Shown here: one piece after another, positions 51,258 through 64,000 of the stretch
Position numbering within the stretch: position 1 is the stretch's first letter
Layout: each line of letters opens with the position of its first letter
Assembly (NCBI GenBank): GCA_038087875.1
Contig: CM075994.1
Coordinates: 2,792,001 to 2,856,000 of the forward strand
DNA: 64,000 nucleotides
Reading direction: 5' to 3'
Source of the DNA: Malacoraja senta
Taxonomy: Eukaryota
The notes under the pieces: model-generated
Seen by the model: the letters and a program-made list of their open reading frames with translations, nothing else
Database searches by the model: none
What the model was told of the DNA's origin: nothing
Made by a program: the position numbers and the translations under genes

Positions 51258-54043
51258 AACAGGTCACATAGCATGTTCATAAGTGATAGGAATAGAATTA
51301 GGCCATTCGGCCCATCAAGTATACTCCGCCATTCAATCCTGGCTGATCTATCTTTCCCTCTCTACCCCATTATCTTGCCTTCTCTCCATAAACCCTGACA
51401 CCCCGCATCTGTGGAGAAATGGACAGGTGACTGAAGAAAGGTCTCGACCCAAAACGTTGCTTGACCATTCACTCCAGAGAATTCACTGCCTGACCCGCTG
51501 AGTTCCTCCAGCACATCTGTGTTTCCCAGGAAATTAACTGTGAGTTTGTGAACACACCGTAGAACCCAGGAAAATAGGCCACATCATAGAATGATAAGAA
51601 TATTACAATCAAAATTAGAAATAAGCCAGATGGTCCTTCAAGCTGTGCCCGTCAATAATGATATTTCCACCCAAAACCAACCTTCTAACATTCGGTCCAC
51701 AGCCTGCAGGTTGTGGTTCTTCATTTATACATCTAAGCACTGTTTAAATGTGATGCGTTTCTGCCACTACCACCCTTTGATGCAGTGAATTTCAGATCCA
51801 TATCATCCACCAGATGGACAAAGTTTTCTTTCGCTCTGCTCGAGCCTATCCAATCATTCCTCATAGCTACAATTTATTCGTTCTGGCAACACCTTCCCAA
51901 ATCTTCCCAAATAGAGCAATCATTCCAGTAAAATCACATAATACAGTGACCAGAATTATATGTAGTACTTGAATTGTTGTCTTACAAGTGTTCTTTGCAT
52001 TTCCTGCATAACCTGCTTGCACTCATATTCCTTGAATATGCCTGAAATTGCAGCAGGACTAGATGGAGAGCTTGCCAGGTCTGGATTTTTCCCAAGTTCC
52101 TGCCTTTCTTCCCTTAGCCCATATTCCTCAGCAATATCTCATTAATAGATGTGACAAATGCCCTCCTTACCATAATTCTAAAATATTTCAATATATTTCC
52201 ATCTATTATACTCTGAAGCAACTTACCAAAAAACTATCGGAACAAAGCTTCACTGATTGAGCAGAATCAATCATACGGAAAGTAAAAATATAATAGAACA
52301 TGAACAGTACAGAACAGGAACATGACCTATGGCCCACAATGCCTATGCCAAACATGATGACAAGTTAAACTCTACCTGCACATGATCCATATCCCTCCAT
52401 TCCCTGCATTTACATGTGTCTATCTAAAAGCCTCTTAAATGCCACTATCGTATCTGCCTCCACCACCACCCATGGCAGCGTGATCCTGGCACTCATCACT
52501 CGTGGTGCAAAAAAACTTGCCCCACGCATTTTCTTTAAACTTTGCTCCTCCCACTTTAAAGCTATACCTTTAGTTCCTTGACATTTCCACCCTGGGAAAA
52601 AGGTTCTGACTATCTACCTCATCTATGCCTCTCATCATTTTACATTCTTCTATCAGGATTCCCCTCAACCCCTGATGTTCAAAGAAAACAATCCAAAATA
52701 AATCCAACAATCCGAGACCAACATTTTTAGTACTCATCCACCTTTTTGTGACATCTCTTGAACTATGAATGCATGTAGATGCTCATATGGGGTAAGAAAG
52801 ATGAATGAGTCTGAATGTTTCATCAGTGGCAACAATAGTAACCAAAATTCCAGATCTGATTATCCCCACCCCACAATAAACCAAAATGCATCACATGCTT
52901 CGTAGACCAATTGCAATCCAGGAAGTTTTCGTGAACATGAACATTACTAGTTTTCAAGAGCCTCGGGTCAATAGACAATAGGTGCAGGAGTAGGCCATTC
53001 GGCCCTTCTAGCCAGCACCGCCATTCAATGTGATCATGGCTGATCATCCCCAATCAGTACCCCGTTCCTGCCTTCTCCCCATATCCCATGACTCCGCTAT
53101 GTGATCATGGCTGATCATCCCCAAATTACGCAAGACTTCAGCATGGCTTCCATTTGGTGCATGGAGGTCTGACATTGAGAGGAGTATGGATAACTGCATG
53201 AAATCAGTGGGTGACCTTGTATGTGCTACCAATGCTAGGGTATACACATCTTCGCCAATTGAAGAATGAAAGGTCTTGGGGAGCAGATATAAAAAGATCC
53301 CAGTTTTCTAGGAACATCAGTATTTATTGCTATTGCCCATGAGGATCTAGAGTCACTGCTCAAGGGAGAAGATCACTGCAGAGATCCAGAACTTCAGTTT
53401 TCTGAGAACACACCTTCCAGCTGCCTTGTTTGCGGGTGGCTCAAAGTACCAACTCAAAAGCAGTGTGTGGGGGTTTCATCAGTTATGCTTATAGTCAGCA
53501 ACATGCAAAGAAATCCTAGAAATAATTCATCAAATTTATAAAGGGAATAAGACTCAATCTATGGTTCTAGATAGTTTCCCTGAATTTTCGATCCAGAGAA
53601 AGATGCAGAAAAGTAATGCAAGCTACCTAAGAATTAGTACCTTAAAATAAAAGATCAAAAACCTGAGTGCAGTATAAATGGCTGGTTTAAACAAAACTGT
53701 GTTTATACTTTTTGTGCAATATTTGTCAAAGTATCAAACTTCTGAACGGTCCTTCCTCATTGCGGACAATGGACTTGTTTTGAGAAATACACTACAATTC
53801 TGAGAACCTATATTCTGCACTCTGGTATTTTTATCTCCAATCTAACTTTTGTCCTTATGTTTGGGTTGATTTTATTCCTTATAGTATTATCTGATTTGAT
53901 TGGAACGCACACAAAACAAAGCTTTTCATTGTACAATTCCGTATACACCTAAATTACAATTGATCATGTAGCATTTTACTTCAATCCAAATAAAAATAGG
54001 TTTTATGGTCATGACGTGGAATGATAGAAATGGTTCATTTTAC

Positions 54044-54095
54044 CTTCTTCTGATAAACAATTTCCTTCAATGTGTTGACTCTCGTTATCTCCTGG
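54044..54095 (-). CDS. EDARADD: EDARADD penultimate coding exon (candidate)
   Basis: ttcatgcag|CCA GGA...GAA GAA G|gtaaaa; PGDNESQHIEGNCLSEE-D, phase 0 to 1; splices in frame onto the death-domain exon; size similar to the short human penultimate exon. Confidence 0.7.
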
Positions 54096-55251
54096 CTGCA
54101 TGAAATTACACAACAAAGGAGTTAGTATTATGTTCTTAAACTTGCAATATTTATTTGTAGTTTGGAGAAGAATAGTGAAACATGAAATACAAAAGCGTGG
54201 TTTCACATGCATGCTTTCAACATGCTTGCGATGAGATCAGACCAGCCGTACTTTATTGATATACAAGATCCAATGCATCCAAATCACTGCAAACAAACAG
54301 TCAACTCTGATTAAACCACTCCTTAAAAAATGCAATGTCCATTTCCAAGAATGTCCTGGGGATACTGGGGATTCCTTCATGCTGTTCAAGTCAACCTAAA
54401 TAAATACTGTACAATGTATACAAAAAGATGTGGATGCCTTCAATTACTTCTTATGATTTTTTTATTCTTCAACCTATTCCACAAGCAGCCTAATTTCATA
54501 CACTTTCACCTCAAATTCAACAAATTATTGGCTGAAAAGCTATTTACAAGATACAAGATACAAGATACATTTATTTGTCACATGTGCCAGTTGGCACAGT
54601 GAAATGAGATAACCATACAGCCATACAATAAAAATGGGCAGCACTCAAAAACTGACTGTACAATTGAAAACTAAATTAATATATTTCAAGGGGGACATTT
54701 CTGAATGAATTAACACCACATATTAAAAACACATAGATGTTTTGGTGCATGAATTTTGCTTATGCAGTGAAGTTTTTCTGAGCTGCAGTCATTCAATTGC
54801 CAACAATGGTTGCGCAAAGCCGAAAGTTGGATTCTGATAAGATTTTCAACCACACAGGTCTGAATCACAACTGTTGCTGTTCACTAATAAATGCAGTTTC
54901 TAATCGCATTGAATGCCAATGTGCAAATGAAAGGATCAGATCTTCAGTGATTGGTAAAGTGCCGCACAATTTCCTGCCAAACAAACCTCAACGTGATTGA
55001 GCCAAATGATGATCCGCTCAATCACAAGCCCATACATTCCCAGTCAAAACGAATCATCATAAATGTAATCAAAAAACACCATACAAAGCAAAATGGTTTG
55101 CTTTTCATCAAAGTAGAATTAAGTAGAATAAAATTAAATACAATTAAATAAGAATTAAATAGAAAGAAAGAAAAAAACGAGTCTGCACCGATCAGCGATC
55201 CTCGCACACCATCCCTATCCTACAGTTTAAGAAGAACAGTTTAAGTTGACC

Positions 55252-55543
55252 ACAGTTTAAGAATAAGGGGGTATGCCATTTAGAACAAAGACGAGGAAAC
55301 ACCTTTTCTCACAGAGAGTTGTGAGTCTCTGAAGGGCTTCAGAGGGCGGTGGAGGCCGGTTCTCTGGATACTTTCAAGAGAGAGCTAGATAGGGCTCTTA
55401 AAGATAGTGGGAGTCGGGGAATATGGGGAGATGGCAGGAACAGGGTACTGATTGGGGATGATCAGCCATGATCACATTGAATGGCGGTGCTGGCTCGAAG
55501 GGCCGAATGGTCTACTCCTGCACCTATTGTCTATTGTCTATGT
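55252..55543 (+). mobile_element. CR1 3' fragment inserted into a minus-strand SINE
   Basis: Same 3' UTR and (CTATTGT) tail as the 15636-15991 copy; SINE halves at ~55180-55225 and 55545-55747. Confidence 0.75.
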
Positions 55544-56689
55544 CTACACACACAAGAGACAATTTACAATTGTAGCAAGCCAATTAACCTATGAACCTGT
55601 ACATCTTTGAATCCAGACCACCTAGAGAAAACCCACGCAGCTCACAGAGAGAACGTATAAACCCCCGACAGCACCCGTAGTCATGATCAAACCTGGGTGT
55701 CTGCCGCTGTCAGGCAGGAATTCTACCACTGCGCCAACATGCCACCCCCGTGTGAATGGAAAAGTTGCATTTACAGTATCAAACTGGAAGGTCTCTCACT
55801 TTTCTGTTGGAGCTTTTCTTGACTTCTGCAGTGCAAGGATTCTGAGATGTGATTGACTTTTAATTCCACTGTTAGAGCAATGCAAACACTTCAAGTTCAA
55901 ATTTAAGTTTGAATTTATTGTCACATGCAACAAAAGGTACAGTGATATTTGAGTTACCATACAACCATACAGTGAAAAGCAACAAGACACACAGCCACAT
56001 AAAATAAAATTTAATATAAACATCCACCACAGCGGAATCCACATTCCTCACTGTGATGGAAGGTAATAAAGTTCAATCATCTTCCTCCTTGTTCATCCTT
56101 GTTTGCTACTAGATGTTTGTGTGAGGAAGCTGTTTCTCTGTACATGGTTCCGCAGATACCTGGATAGGTTCCTCTGCTCTTCTGTGAGGATATTGCCAAC
56201 CCCCTTCCAATTATTGAAAGACGTCCTTCAATGAATGGAGGATAACTCCCTGGAAACTGACAGAGAACTGATTGTATTCTGTGGTGACCCTTTAAGAAGT
56301 ATTTTCTCATGTCAGAGCAATGATGAAAAATGCTACTAATTCGATAAATTTGACCTCTAATGCCTGTTTTTCCTGAAACAGGGTGGTGTTACATAAGAGA
56401 ACCTTCTAACATTGTTGCGGAATTATGTGCTAATAAAGTATGCCATTTGAAAAAATCTGAAGCAGCATTAGGGAGATTGCTGAATGCTATTTTAATGTTA
56501 GAAAAGTGGCAAAGACATATTTATGGGCAATGATCTTTTTCTTTGTTGTTTTCCAATTATCAGCTGACATTAATATTCATTCTTAATATATCACAAGAGA
56601 GAAATTTGTAATTTACCTTCCTTAAACCATTGAACCATTGTTGCGTGTAATTGTAATGGTAATTAATATATTAGCCAAATATGTAAAAA

Positions 56690-57200
56690 CATTCAAGGAA
56701 TTTGATTTGCCATACAGTCATACCAAAAAAGCAACAAGACACTCAGCTACATAAAAATTAACATAAACATCCACCACAGCGGATTGTGATGGAAGGCAAT
56801 AACGTATTATCTTCTTCCCTCCTTTTCTCCCGCGGTCGGGGCAGTCGAACCATCCTCAGTCGGGACCATTGAAGCTCCCGCAGCTGGCGATCAAAGCTCC
56901 CACGATCAGGGCGGTCGAAGCTCCTGAAGTCGATTGCTAACTCCACGATGTTAAGTCCGCAGGCTCCCGCGGTTGGAGCTCCCAAAGTCGATCCCTAGCA
57001 AAACGAACGCCAGCTCCACGATAAGGAAAAAGTCACATCTCCATCGAGGAAAGAGATTAAAATAACGTTTCACCCACCCCCCACATAATAAAAAACTAAA
57101 GATACACTAAAACATACATTTAACAACAGACTAAAAACAACAAAAGAAGAAGACGAGACAGACAGTTGGCGAGGCTGCCATCGTACGGCGCCACCCGGTG
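56690..57200 (-). mobile_element. Short non-autonomous retroposon with Rex-type 3' tail and internal GC-rich repeats
   Basis: Head CCACCGGGTGGCGCCGTACGATGGCAGCC; repeated GAAGCTCCC motifs; tail shared with the fragment at ~55890-56100. Confidence 0.55.
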
Positions 57201-58000
57201 GCTGCTTATAAAATAAATGCAGGCATTCCTTGATTTACAAAAGGAATGTTTCGTTCAGGGAAAAATTGTAAAGTGAAAAGCGTGATGGTTGATGTGGGCT
57301 CAGGTGCAGACGTCAAAGACCGGTGGGCATAGCTTTAAACTGAGATGGGCAAAGTTTAAAGGAGATGTGTGGGGCAATTTTTTTACTCACAGAGGGTGGT
57401 GGGTGCCTGGAATGTATTGCCAGGGTGGGGATGGAGACAGATACCAAAGTAGCATTTAAAAGGCTTTTGGATAGACACATGGATATGCAGGATTTTTAGT
57501 GATATGGATCACCTGCAGGCAGACTAGGATAGTTTAACTTGGCATCATGTTCGGTATGGACATTGTGGACTGAAGTGTCTCTTCCTGTGCTGTACAGTTC
57601 ATTGTTCTATGTTCAAAAGGAACACTGAGGCTTCAACAAATTCAAAATGGTATAGAAGGGAGTATGAAATGCTAATGAGTGGAAATTGGTACATTATCTA
57701 TTATAGTGATAAGGGCATACATTCTATGAGGTGGCACAGTGGTGTAGCGGTAGAGTTGCTGCTTTACAGCGCCATAAACCGTGGTTCAATCCTGACTTCA
57801 GCTGCTGTATGTACGGAGTTTGTACGTTCTCCATGTGATTGTATGGGTTTTCTTCAGGTGCTCCGGTTTCCTCCCAGACTCCAAAGATGTACATGATTGT
57901 AGGTTAATTCGCTTTGGTAAAATTGTAAATTGTTCCTAGTGTGTAGGATAGTGCTAGTATACGGGTGATCACTGGTTGGCATGGATTCGGTGGGTCGAAG

Positions 58001-58796
58001 CAAAGATACTAGAGGAGCAAGATAGACCACTCCTCCGAAATCCAATGGACTGACGTGTAGTACGTAACGGAACGTCACGGCCGCCATTTGTTTAAGCCAA
58101 ACGCGACTTCCGGTTTGCCTCCCGCTGTGCACTCCGCTCTATCATCCCTTGTATTGCTTTAACACACACTGTGCACAAAATTAAATTTAGCTTATATATA
58201 TATTTATATGAATGTGTGTTTGTGTGTGCCTGTGTGTGAGAGGCAAGTTAAGGGCCTGTCCCACCAGCATGCGATTGCATGCGTCTAGCGCGACCAAACG
58301 TGGTCGCTTGCAAAATCTTGCAGTCCGAAAATCCCGCGCGCCAACGGCCTGTCGGCCCGCAGGCGCATTGAGGGCGTACGCAGCTTCTCGACGGGCGTAC
58401 GCAGCGTCCCGACGGGCGTACGCAGCGTCCCGACGGGCGTACGCAGCATCTTGATGTCGTACGCAGCATCTTGATGGCGTACGCCTAGTGCGTGGCGTTG
58501 TGCGAGAGTTGTTTTTTAAATGTGCTATATAAATACTTTTATTTATATAGCACATTTGACAACATATTTCTCTAGATTCTTTCTTCAGAGAGGGAGAAGG
58601 GGGAGAGGGAGAAGGGGGAGAGGGAGAAGGGGGAGAGGGAGAGGGAGAAGAGGGAGAGGGAGAAGAGGGAAGAGGGAGAAGGGGGAGAGGGAGAGGGAGA
58701 GGGATAAAATGCCCTATAAAATGGTGTCGACAATCACACACGTCATACTATGCTTTTTTCGCTGAGTGGCGCATCTTGGCTCCTCTAGTATCTTTG
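58001..58796. mobile_element. Non-autonomous DNA transposon with 8-bp TSD (P-like or hAT), with nested Harbinger-like fragment
   Basis: TIR CAAAGATACTAGAGGAGC-AAGAT / ATCTTGGCTCCTCTAGTATCTTTG; TSD GGTCGAAG at 57993-58000 and 58797-58804; splits a SINE. Confidence 0.82.
58588..58703 (+). repeat. Polypurine GA-rich simple repeat (GAGGGAGAAGGGGGA)n
   Basis: Directly visible. Confidence 0.9.
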
Positions 58797-59857
58797 GGTC
58801 GAAGGGCCTGTTTCTGCGCAGTATCTCTAAAGTCCTGAAAGTCTAAAGTAAAGTACAATAAAACAGTGGGAGAACATAGAACAAGTGTATGGGTGATTGT
58901 TGGTCGGCGTGGACTTGGTGGGCCTGTTTCCACGCAGTATCTCTGAATTAAACCAAGCTAAAAACTAAACATATGATGAGATTGCACTGAATAGATATTA
59001 CATATTTTATTAAATTATTTCTGATCCATTGGTATTATGCTGGGCAAGCACTTGAAATCCCCTAAATTCCAGAATGTATTTTGTGTAATTTCTGAAGTTC
59101 AGCTTGGGCCTGAGACCACAATAGATGCTCTGCACTGAAGAAGATGAGAAATATGCCAAAAAGAAAGTTGATAAACAGACGTTAATTTAGAAATATTTTT
59201 AATGTATGGATTAAGAATAGAAGGGAAAAACATCTGAAAACGAATAGAACTGATTTGCAGCTCTCATGTTTCTTCAATATACTGGAGTTCTATATTAGCA
59301 TCAATGATTGCCTAATGGGAAAGCTGCCTTTGGTTGTAATTGGTATGTACCTCAGATGGAAGAATTCGCCACAATTCACCAATAACATTCTACAACAAGT
59401 ACCACGGGCCATTTGATTTTTCAATCCTCTTAAAGTGGAATCACTTTCTTACTTAATCATTCCTTACCCCAGGCAGTAGATAGGATTCTCAAAGACTATT
59501 CAATGCAAAGATGAGGAGATGCTTGCCATTCATTTTTCATTTTCTCCTCCTATGACATTGTACACAGATGTGCTGTCAGGTGCACTGCAGGCTGTTCCAG
59601 AAAATTGTCAGCACAAGCTGACATTGCCATCTTGTTGCTCATATTACTTTGAAACCACCTTATTTTGATATCTCACTTCAGAGGGTGAAGGAGGTAGTAT
59701 TGTCACAAGACCCTTGGGCAGATTGTGGGAAGAGGAGAGAAATTAAAGCATCTTTTCAACAAGTTGGCTAAAGTGAGGGCAGAATACTTTGAAACTTAAT
59801 CCCTACATAAGCTCATAACCAAGGAAAGGAATAAAACAGAGATAAACTTGTCCCTAC

Positions 59858-59937
59858 CCGTCTTGTCGTCCAAGGCTGTGCAATTAAACGCTCCAGGTTA
59901 ACCGTTGCTGTATCTTGTACCGGGAGATCTGAAGAAC
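59858..59937 (-). CDS. EDARADD: EDARADD upstream coding exon (candidate; PVQDT motif)
   Basis: ctgacag|GT TCT TCA GAT CTC CCG GTA CAA GAT ACA = SSDLPVQDTA, resembling EDARADD EPVEDT/YPIQDT; phase 1 to 0 with donor CGG|GTAGGG. Confidence 0.5.
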
Positions 59938-61923
59938 CTGTCAGCAATATTAATTGAGCTTTAGTAGATACTGATAGGTGGCAGTATTCAAAAGCTGTAA
60001 TAACCAGTATGAAATACGTCAGCCCCCACCCCCCCAGCCCCTCAACACCCCCCAACTTTAGCTATATTATACAGGGAGTGAATAATTCTTGACAAGCCTA
60101 TCCTGATAAAATACAGACACATGTTAATGACAACATCACAACATTTGTGAACCAAATTGTACTCTTTTCTGCTTAACAGACCATATGGTGATAGAGCATT
60201 GTGGAGCTTGGGGCTCCAATACTCCGCAGTATAATGTGACATCTTACAGGTTAATGCATGCAGTTCTGCACAATGGAAAACAGCAGAAAATACTATTCAT
60301 GAAAAATAATTAATGATGTCTCATCACAGGTAGGAAAGGAAGAAATGTTTTGCAGCTCTCATGTTTCTTCAGTATTCTGGAGCTCTATATTAGCATCAAT
60401 GATCGCTTAAAAGAAAATCCACTGCCTGCTTTATTGATTTCAAATTAACAAAGTAGTGCTTCATTGTTGGGCATGATGTCATTTGAATTAAACAAGTAAT
60501 TGAGGTTTAGCCTTTCCTTTCAGAAGGACATGAAAGATATTGGAATAATTTTGGTGAAGTACAGGGAAGTCATTCCTGGTATCTTTGCCAGAATTTATTA
60601 CTCAATCAACATGGAACAATAAAATAGCTTTTCTTGTCATTATTACTTTATTAGTTGTCATAATTGTTCTAAGCACATTTGCTGCCACATTACCTACACT
60701 AAGCAGTTCTGGAGTCACAAGAGTTCAAAATGAATGTGCTTTCTTTCACTCAGTCCTCAGAATCTCTTTATATTAGCTTTACGTAGGGTTTACCTCCAAA
60801 AAGATGTTTGGGTTATTCCAACAATTCCAAAACAATTCCAAATGAAGCATACATTTCAAAATTTCCATTGTAAATGTACAGGTTGACTTTCCCTTTTGAA
60901 AAATTGAATTATGTTAGTTCTCTAGATGATCTGCGTTTAGATTATGTATAAGGTCCTTGCTCCAGTTCACGTCATGAGAGAAGCAGGGAATGCAGGGCTC
61001 ATGTTTCTGCAGAGAAACTGGAAAACTTTCAAATGTCATCACAGACTATTATTAGTAATTTCCCCAAGGATGCACCATGAAAGAAAGTCCCTGCAACAAA
61101 TGTGCATTGATAGAAAATCAAGCAGAACTGAATCAGCACTCTTTAAAAAAAGCTAATTACTGTAATCATATGACATTTTTTTGTTCCTTTAACAAGGCAC
61201 TGGTTCATTTATTCCAACATATTTAATTTAACAAATCACAGGTTTGTAGGTGAATTGGCTTAGCTAAATTGTAAAATTGCCACCTCTACTCCCTATATAC
61301 TAGGGGCAATTTCCCGAAGCCAATTACTTAAAATCTGCACATCTTTGGGATTGGGAGGAAACCAGACCACCTGGAGGAAACCAAGCAGTCACAGAGAGAA
61401 CATGCAAACTCCACACGGACAGCACCTGAGGTCAGGATCGAACCTGGTTCTCTGGTGCCGTGAGGCAGGAGGTTTACCAGCTACCATTGCGCCATCCATA
61501 AACTCTGACCCTACAACAAAATGACAGCTTTTATTCCCTATAAAACACATTGCAACTGCTTCATTCTGTTAGGTAAAAATTCTGTCTACCGTATGTTCTT
61601 GGGTCAAGAATATTGATACCTTTAATGGAAACACTGCAATCTGTAGCTTGAATAGGATATTTTTCAATCTGCGGATAGAGAAAGATATGTATTACTTTAC
61701 ATATACTTATAGTCTTTCATTTAATTGGTGACTATGCACAAATCCTCGCATTTGTTTTATTAGTGCAAAGTAACATGCTACTTGTATGTGGCCCAAAAGA
61801 AGACCATTCTTCAAGTGCATGGAGATGTAGAGAAAAGATGAATGAATTTTGGGTGCAAATTCAACTGAGTTGATATGATAATTTACATTAATGAGATTTG
61901 GATAGAAGATGAACATCCTAATT

Positions 61924-62123
61924 NNNNNNNNNNNNNNNNNNNNNNNNNNNNNNNNNNNNNNNNNNNNNNNNNNNNNNNNNNNNNNNNNNNNNNNNNNNNN
62001 NNNNNNNNNNNNNNNNNNNNNNNNNNNNNNNNNNNNNNNNNNNNNNNNNNNNNNNNNNNNNNNNNNNNNNNNNNNNNNNNNNNNNNNNNNNNNNNNNNNN
62101 NNNNNNNNNNNNNNNNNNNNNNN
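61924..62123. other. Assembly gap (200 N)
   Basis: Run of N. Confidence 1.
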
Positions 62124-62252
62124 AAGGCGGTTCTCCCAGGACTCTCCCATTGGCTCTCCCATTGGTCTTCAGGTGGGCTGACGCCTGCGATGTCCCCCAA
62201 ATGCGGGATACTCGACTGCAAAATTTGTGGTAGTGGGGGACTGCGTTCACGC
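62124..62252 (+). ncRNA. U1 snRNA-derived sequence (divergent or retroposed copy, 5' end lost in the gap)
   Basis: GCTGACGCCTGCGATGTCCCCCAAATGCGGGATACTCGACTGCAAAATTTGTGGTAGTGGGGGACTGCGTTCACGC matches the U1 3' half including Sm site AATTTGTGG; AAGGCGGTTCTCCCAGG matches the U1 stem I/helix H region; the last ~9 nt are replaced by an A-rich stretch. Confidence 0.85.
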
Positions 62253-62263
62253 AAAAACAATTA

Positions 62264-62579
62264 AGGGCGGCACGGTGGAGCAGCTGTAGAGTTGCTGCCT
62301 TACAGCGCTTGCAGCGCCAGAGACCCGGGTTCGATCCCGACTACGGGTGCTGTCTGGACGAAGTTTGTACGTTTTCCCCGTGACCATGTGGGTTTTCTCC
62401 GAGATCTTTGGTTTCCTCCCACACTCCAAAGTCGTACAGGTTTGTAGGTAAATTGGTTTGGTATAAGTGTAAATTGCCCCTAGTGCGTGTAAGATAGTGT
62501 TAAAGTGTGGGGATCGCTGGTCTGCGTGGACTCAGTGGGCCGAAGAGCTTGTTTCCGCGCTGAATCTCTAAACTAAACT
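62264..62579 (+). mobile_element. tRNA-derived SINE, full length
   Basis: Same family: GGTTCGATCC B box, core and ctaaactaaact tail. Confidence 0.88.
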
Positions 62580-63365
62580 CAGCAATGACCATAAAATTAT
62601 TACAAATATATTTTAAAATAAATGGCTTTGTCCTTTCTTCTGCCGATCAAACCCCTACCCACCAGTATCGACCTATCACTTGCCACACTGTTCCATCCCC
62701 ACCTCTCTTTCAACTTTCTCACTCACTTCTACAATCAGTCTGAAGAAGGGTCCCGACCCGAAACGAGGCCAACTATGTACTCCAGAAATGTTGCCTCACC
62801 CACTGAATTATTCCAGCACTTTTGTCTTTTTCTGTAAACCAGCATCTGCAGTTCCTTGTGTCTACAAATATATTTTTGCTCCTTGGACTAATGATCTGTT
62901 GCTTAATTTTTATATAAGGGTTTTGGAGTTTGTAAAAAGGCAGTATGATTAATGCTTACCCTAAGGCAATACTGATAGTTTGATGTTTCATTTTCTGAAA
63001 TTGGAAAGTTGTTAAAGTGTATGGAACTGTTCCACAGAGTTATTTTGTAAATCTGCTTGATGATTGATGTTGTACTCTGCTGTCTGATGGAGTGAAGAAT
63101 TAAGCCTTCAGGGCAAGACATTTGAGAGTGTACAGTGAATAGTCTTCTAACAACAGTAGTATAAGCGTAGCTACCATGGTATTTTGGGACACTTCTGTGC
63201 AGCATTGTCAGTTTAGTATGCATGCAATTAAATAACTTCTGAATTCATCAAGATTTGCCTCATCAGGAGTTATCACTTTCTAAATGAATTAATAAAGGAC
63301 ACAAAGGTTGGATCTGCAATGGTTGTAATGCAAGGCCAGTCACCCTGACAAGAAAGATATTTTAG

Positions 63366-64000
63366 ATTGGACTTTCAGAAGGCTTTCGACAAGGTCCCAC
63401 ATAAGAGATTAGCATACAAACTTAAAGCACATGGTATTGGGGGTTCAGTATTGATATGGATAGAGAACTGGCTGGCAGACAGGAAGCAAAGAGTAGGAGT
63501 AAACGGGTCCTTTTCAGAATGGCAGGCAGTGACTAGTGGGGTACCGCAAGGCTCAGTTCTGGGACCCCAGCTATTTACAATATATATTAATGATCTGGAT
63601 GAGGGAATTGAATGCAACATCTCCAAGTTTGCGGATGACACGAAGCTGGGGGGCAGTGTTAGCTGTGAGGAGGATGCTAGGAGGCTGCAAGGTGACTTGG
63701 ATAGGTTGGGTGAGTGGGCAAAGGCATGGCAGATGCAGTATAATGTGGATAAATGTGAGGTTATCCACTTTGGTGGCAAAAACAGGAAAGTAGACTATTA
63801 TCTGAATGGTGGCCGATTAGAAAAGGGGAGATGCAACGAGACCTGGGTGTCATGGTACACCAGTCATTGAAAGTAGGAATGCAGGTGCAGCAGGCAGTGA
63901 AGAAAGCAAATGGTATGTTAGCATTCATAGCAAAAGGATTTGAGTATAAGACAGGGAGGTTCTACTGCAGTTGTACAGGGTCTTGGTGAGACCACACCTG
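63366..64000 (+). mobile_element. CR1 LINE RT fragment (runs off the window)
   Basis: DFQKAFDKVPH..GVPQGSVLGP..KFADDTKLGG. Confidence 0.92.

Noticed and set aside
56140..56295. EEPIQ-like peptide as an additional EDARADD exon
   Set aside because: No phase-compatible, stop-free exon with convincing splice sites could be built.
58372..58485. 20-bp tandem repeats resembling a CRISPR-like array
   Set aside because: No unique spacers, eukaryotic context; subterminal repeats of a MITE.
61707..62264. ORFs spanning the N run
   Set aside because: Artefacts of the assembly gap.

Overview
Vertebrate genomic DNA. The repeat complement (tRNA-derived SINEs with a ctaaactaaact tail, CR1, Rex1/Babar, Penelope) suggests a cartilaginous fish, probably a skate or ray; this is inference. 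Two convergent protein-coding genes are visible. (1) A + strand AHNAK/periaxin-family gene, reconstructed as 4 coding exons (32291-32438, 32583-32740, 32859-33396, 34980-42181; about 2681 aa), with an N-terminal PDZ, a two-module internal repeat region and an AHNAK1-like C-terminus. (2) EDARADD on the - strand (death-domain exon 44898-45289, candidate upstream exons at 54044-54095 and 59858-59937; 5' end not found). The rest is dense, often nested transposable elements: two LTR-bounded Gypsy elements (Mag-like and CsRn1-like), an IR/DR Tc1, Harbinger/hAT/P-like MITEs, Rex1/Babar, CR1, Vingi and Penelope fragments carrying hammerhead-ribozyme cores, and many SINEs. There is also a divergent U1 snRNA copy abutting a SINE next to a 200-N gap. 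Best leads: the AHNAK-like gene beside EDARADD may be a fourth 2R ohnolog absent from mammals; the Penelope hammerhead motifs; a possible U1-SINE chimera; and CsRn1 and Vingi elements as horizontal-transfer candidates. All family assignments come from recalled motifs; no searches were run.
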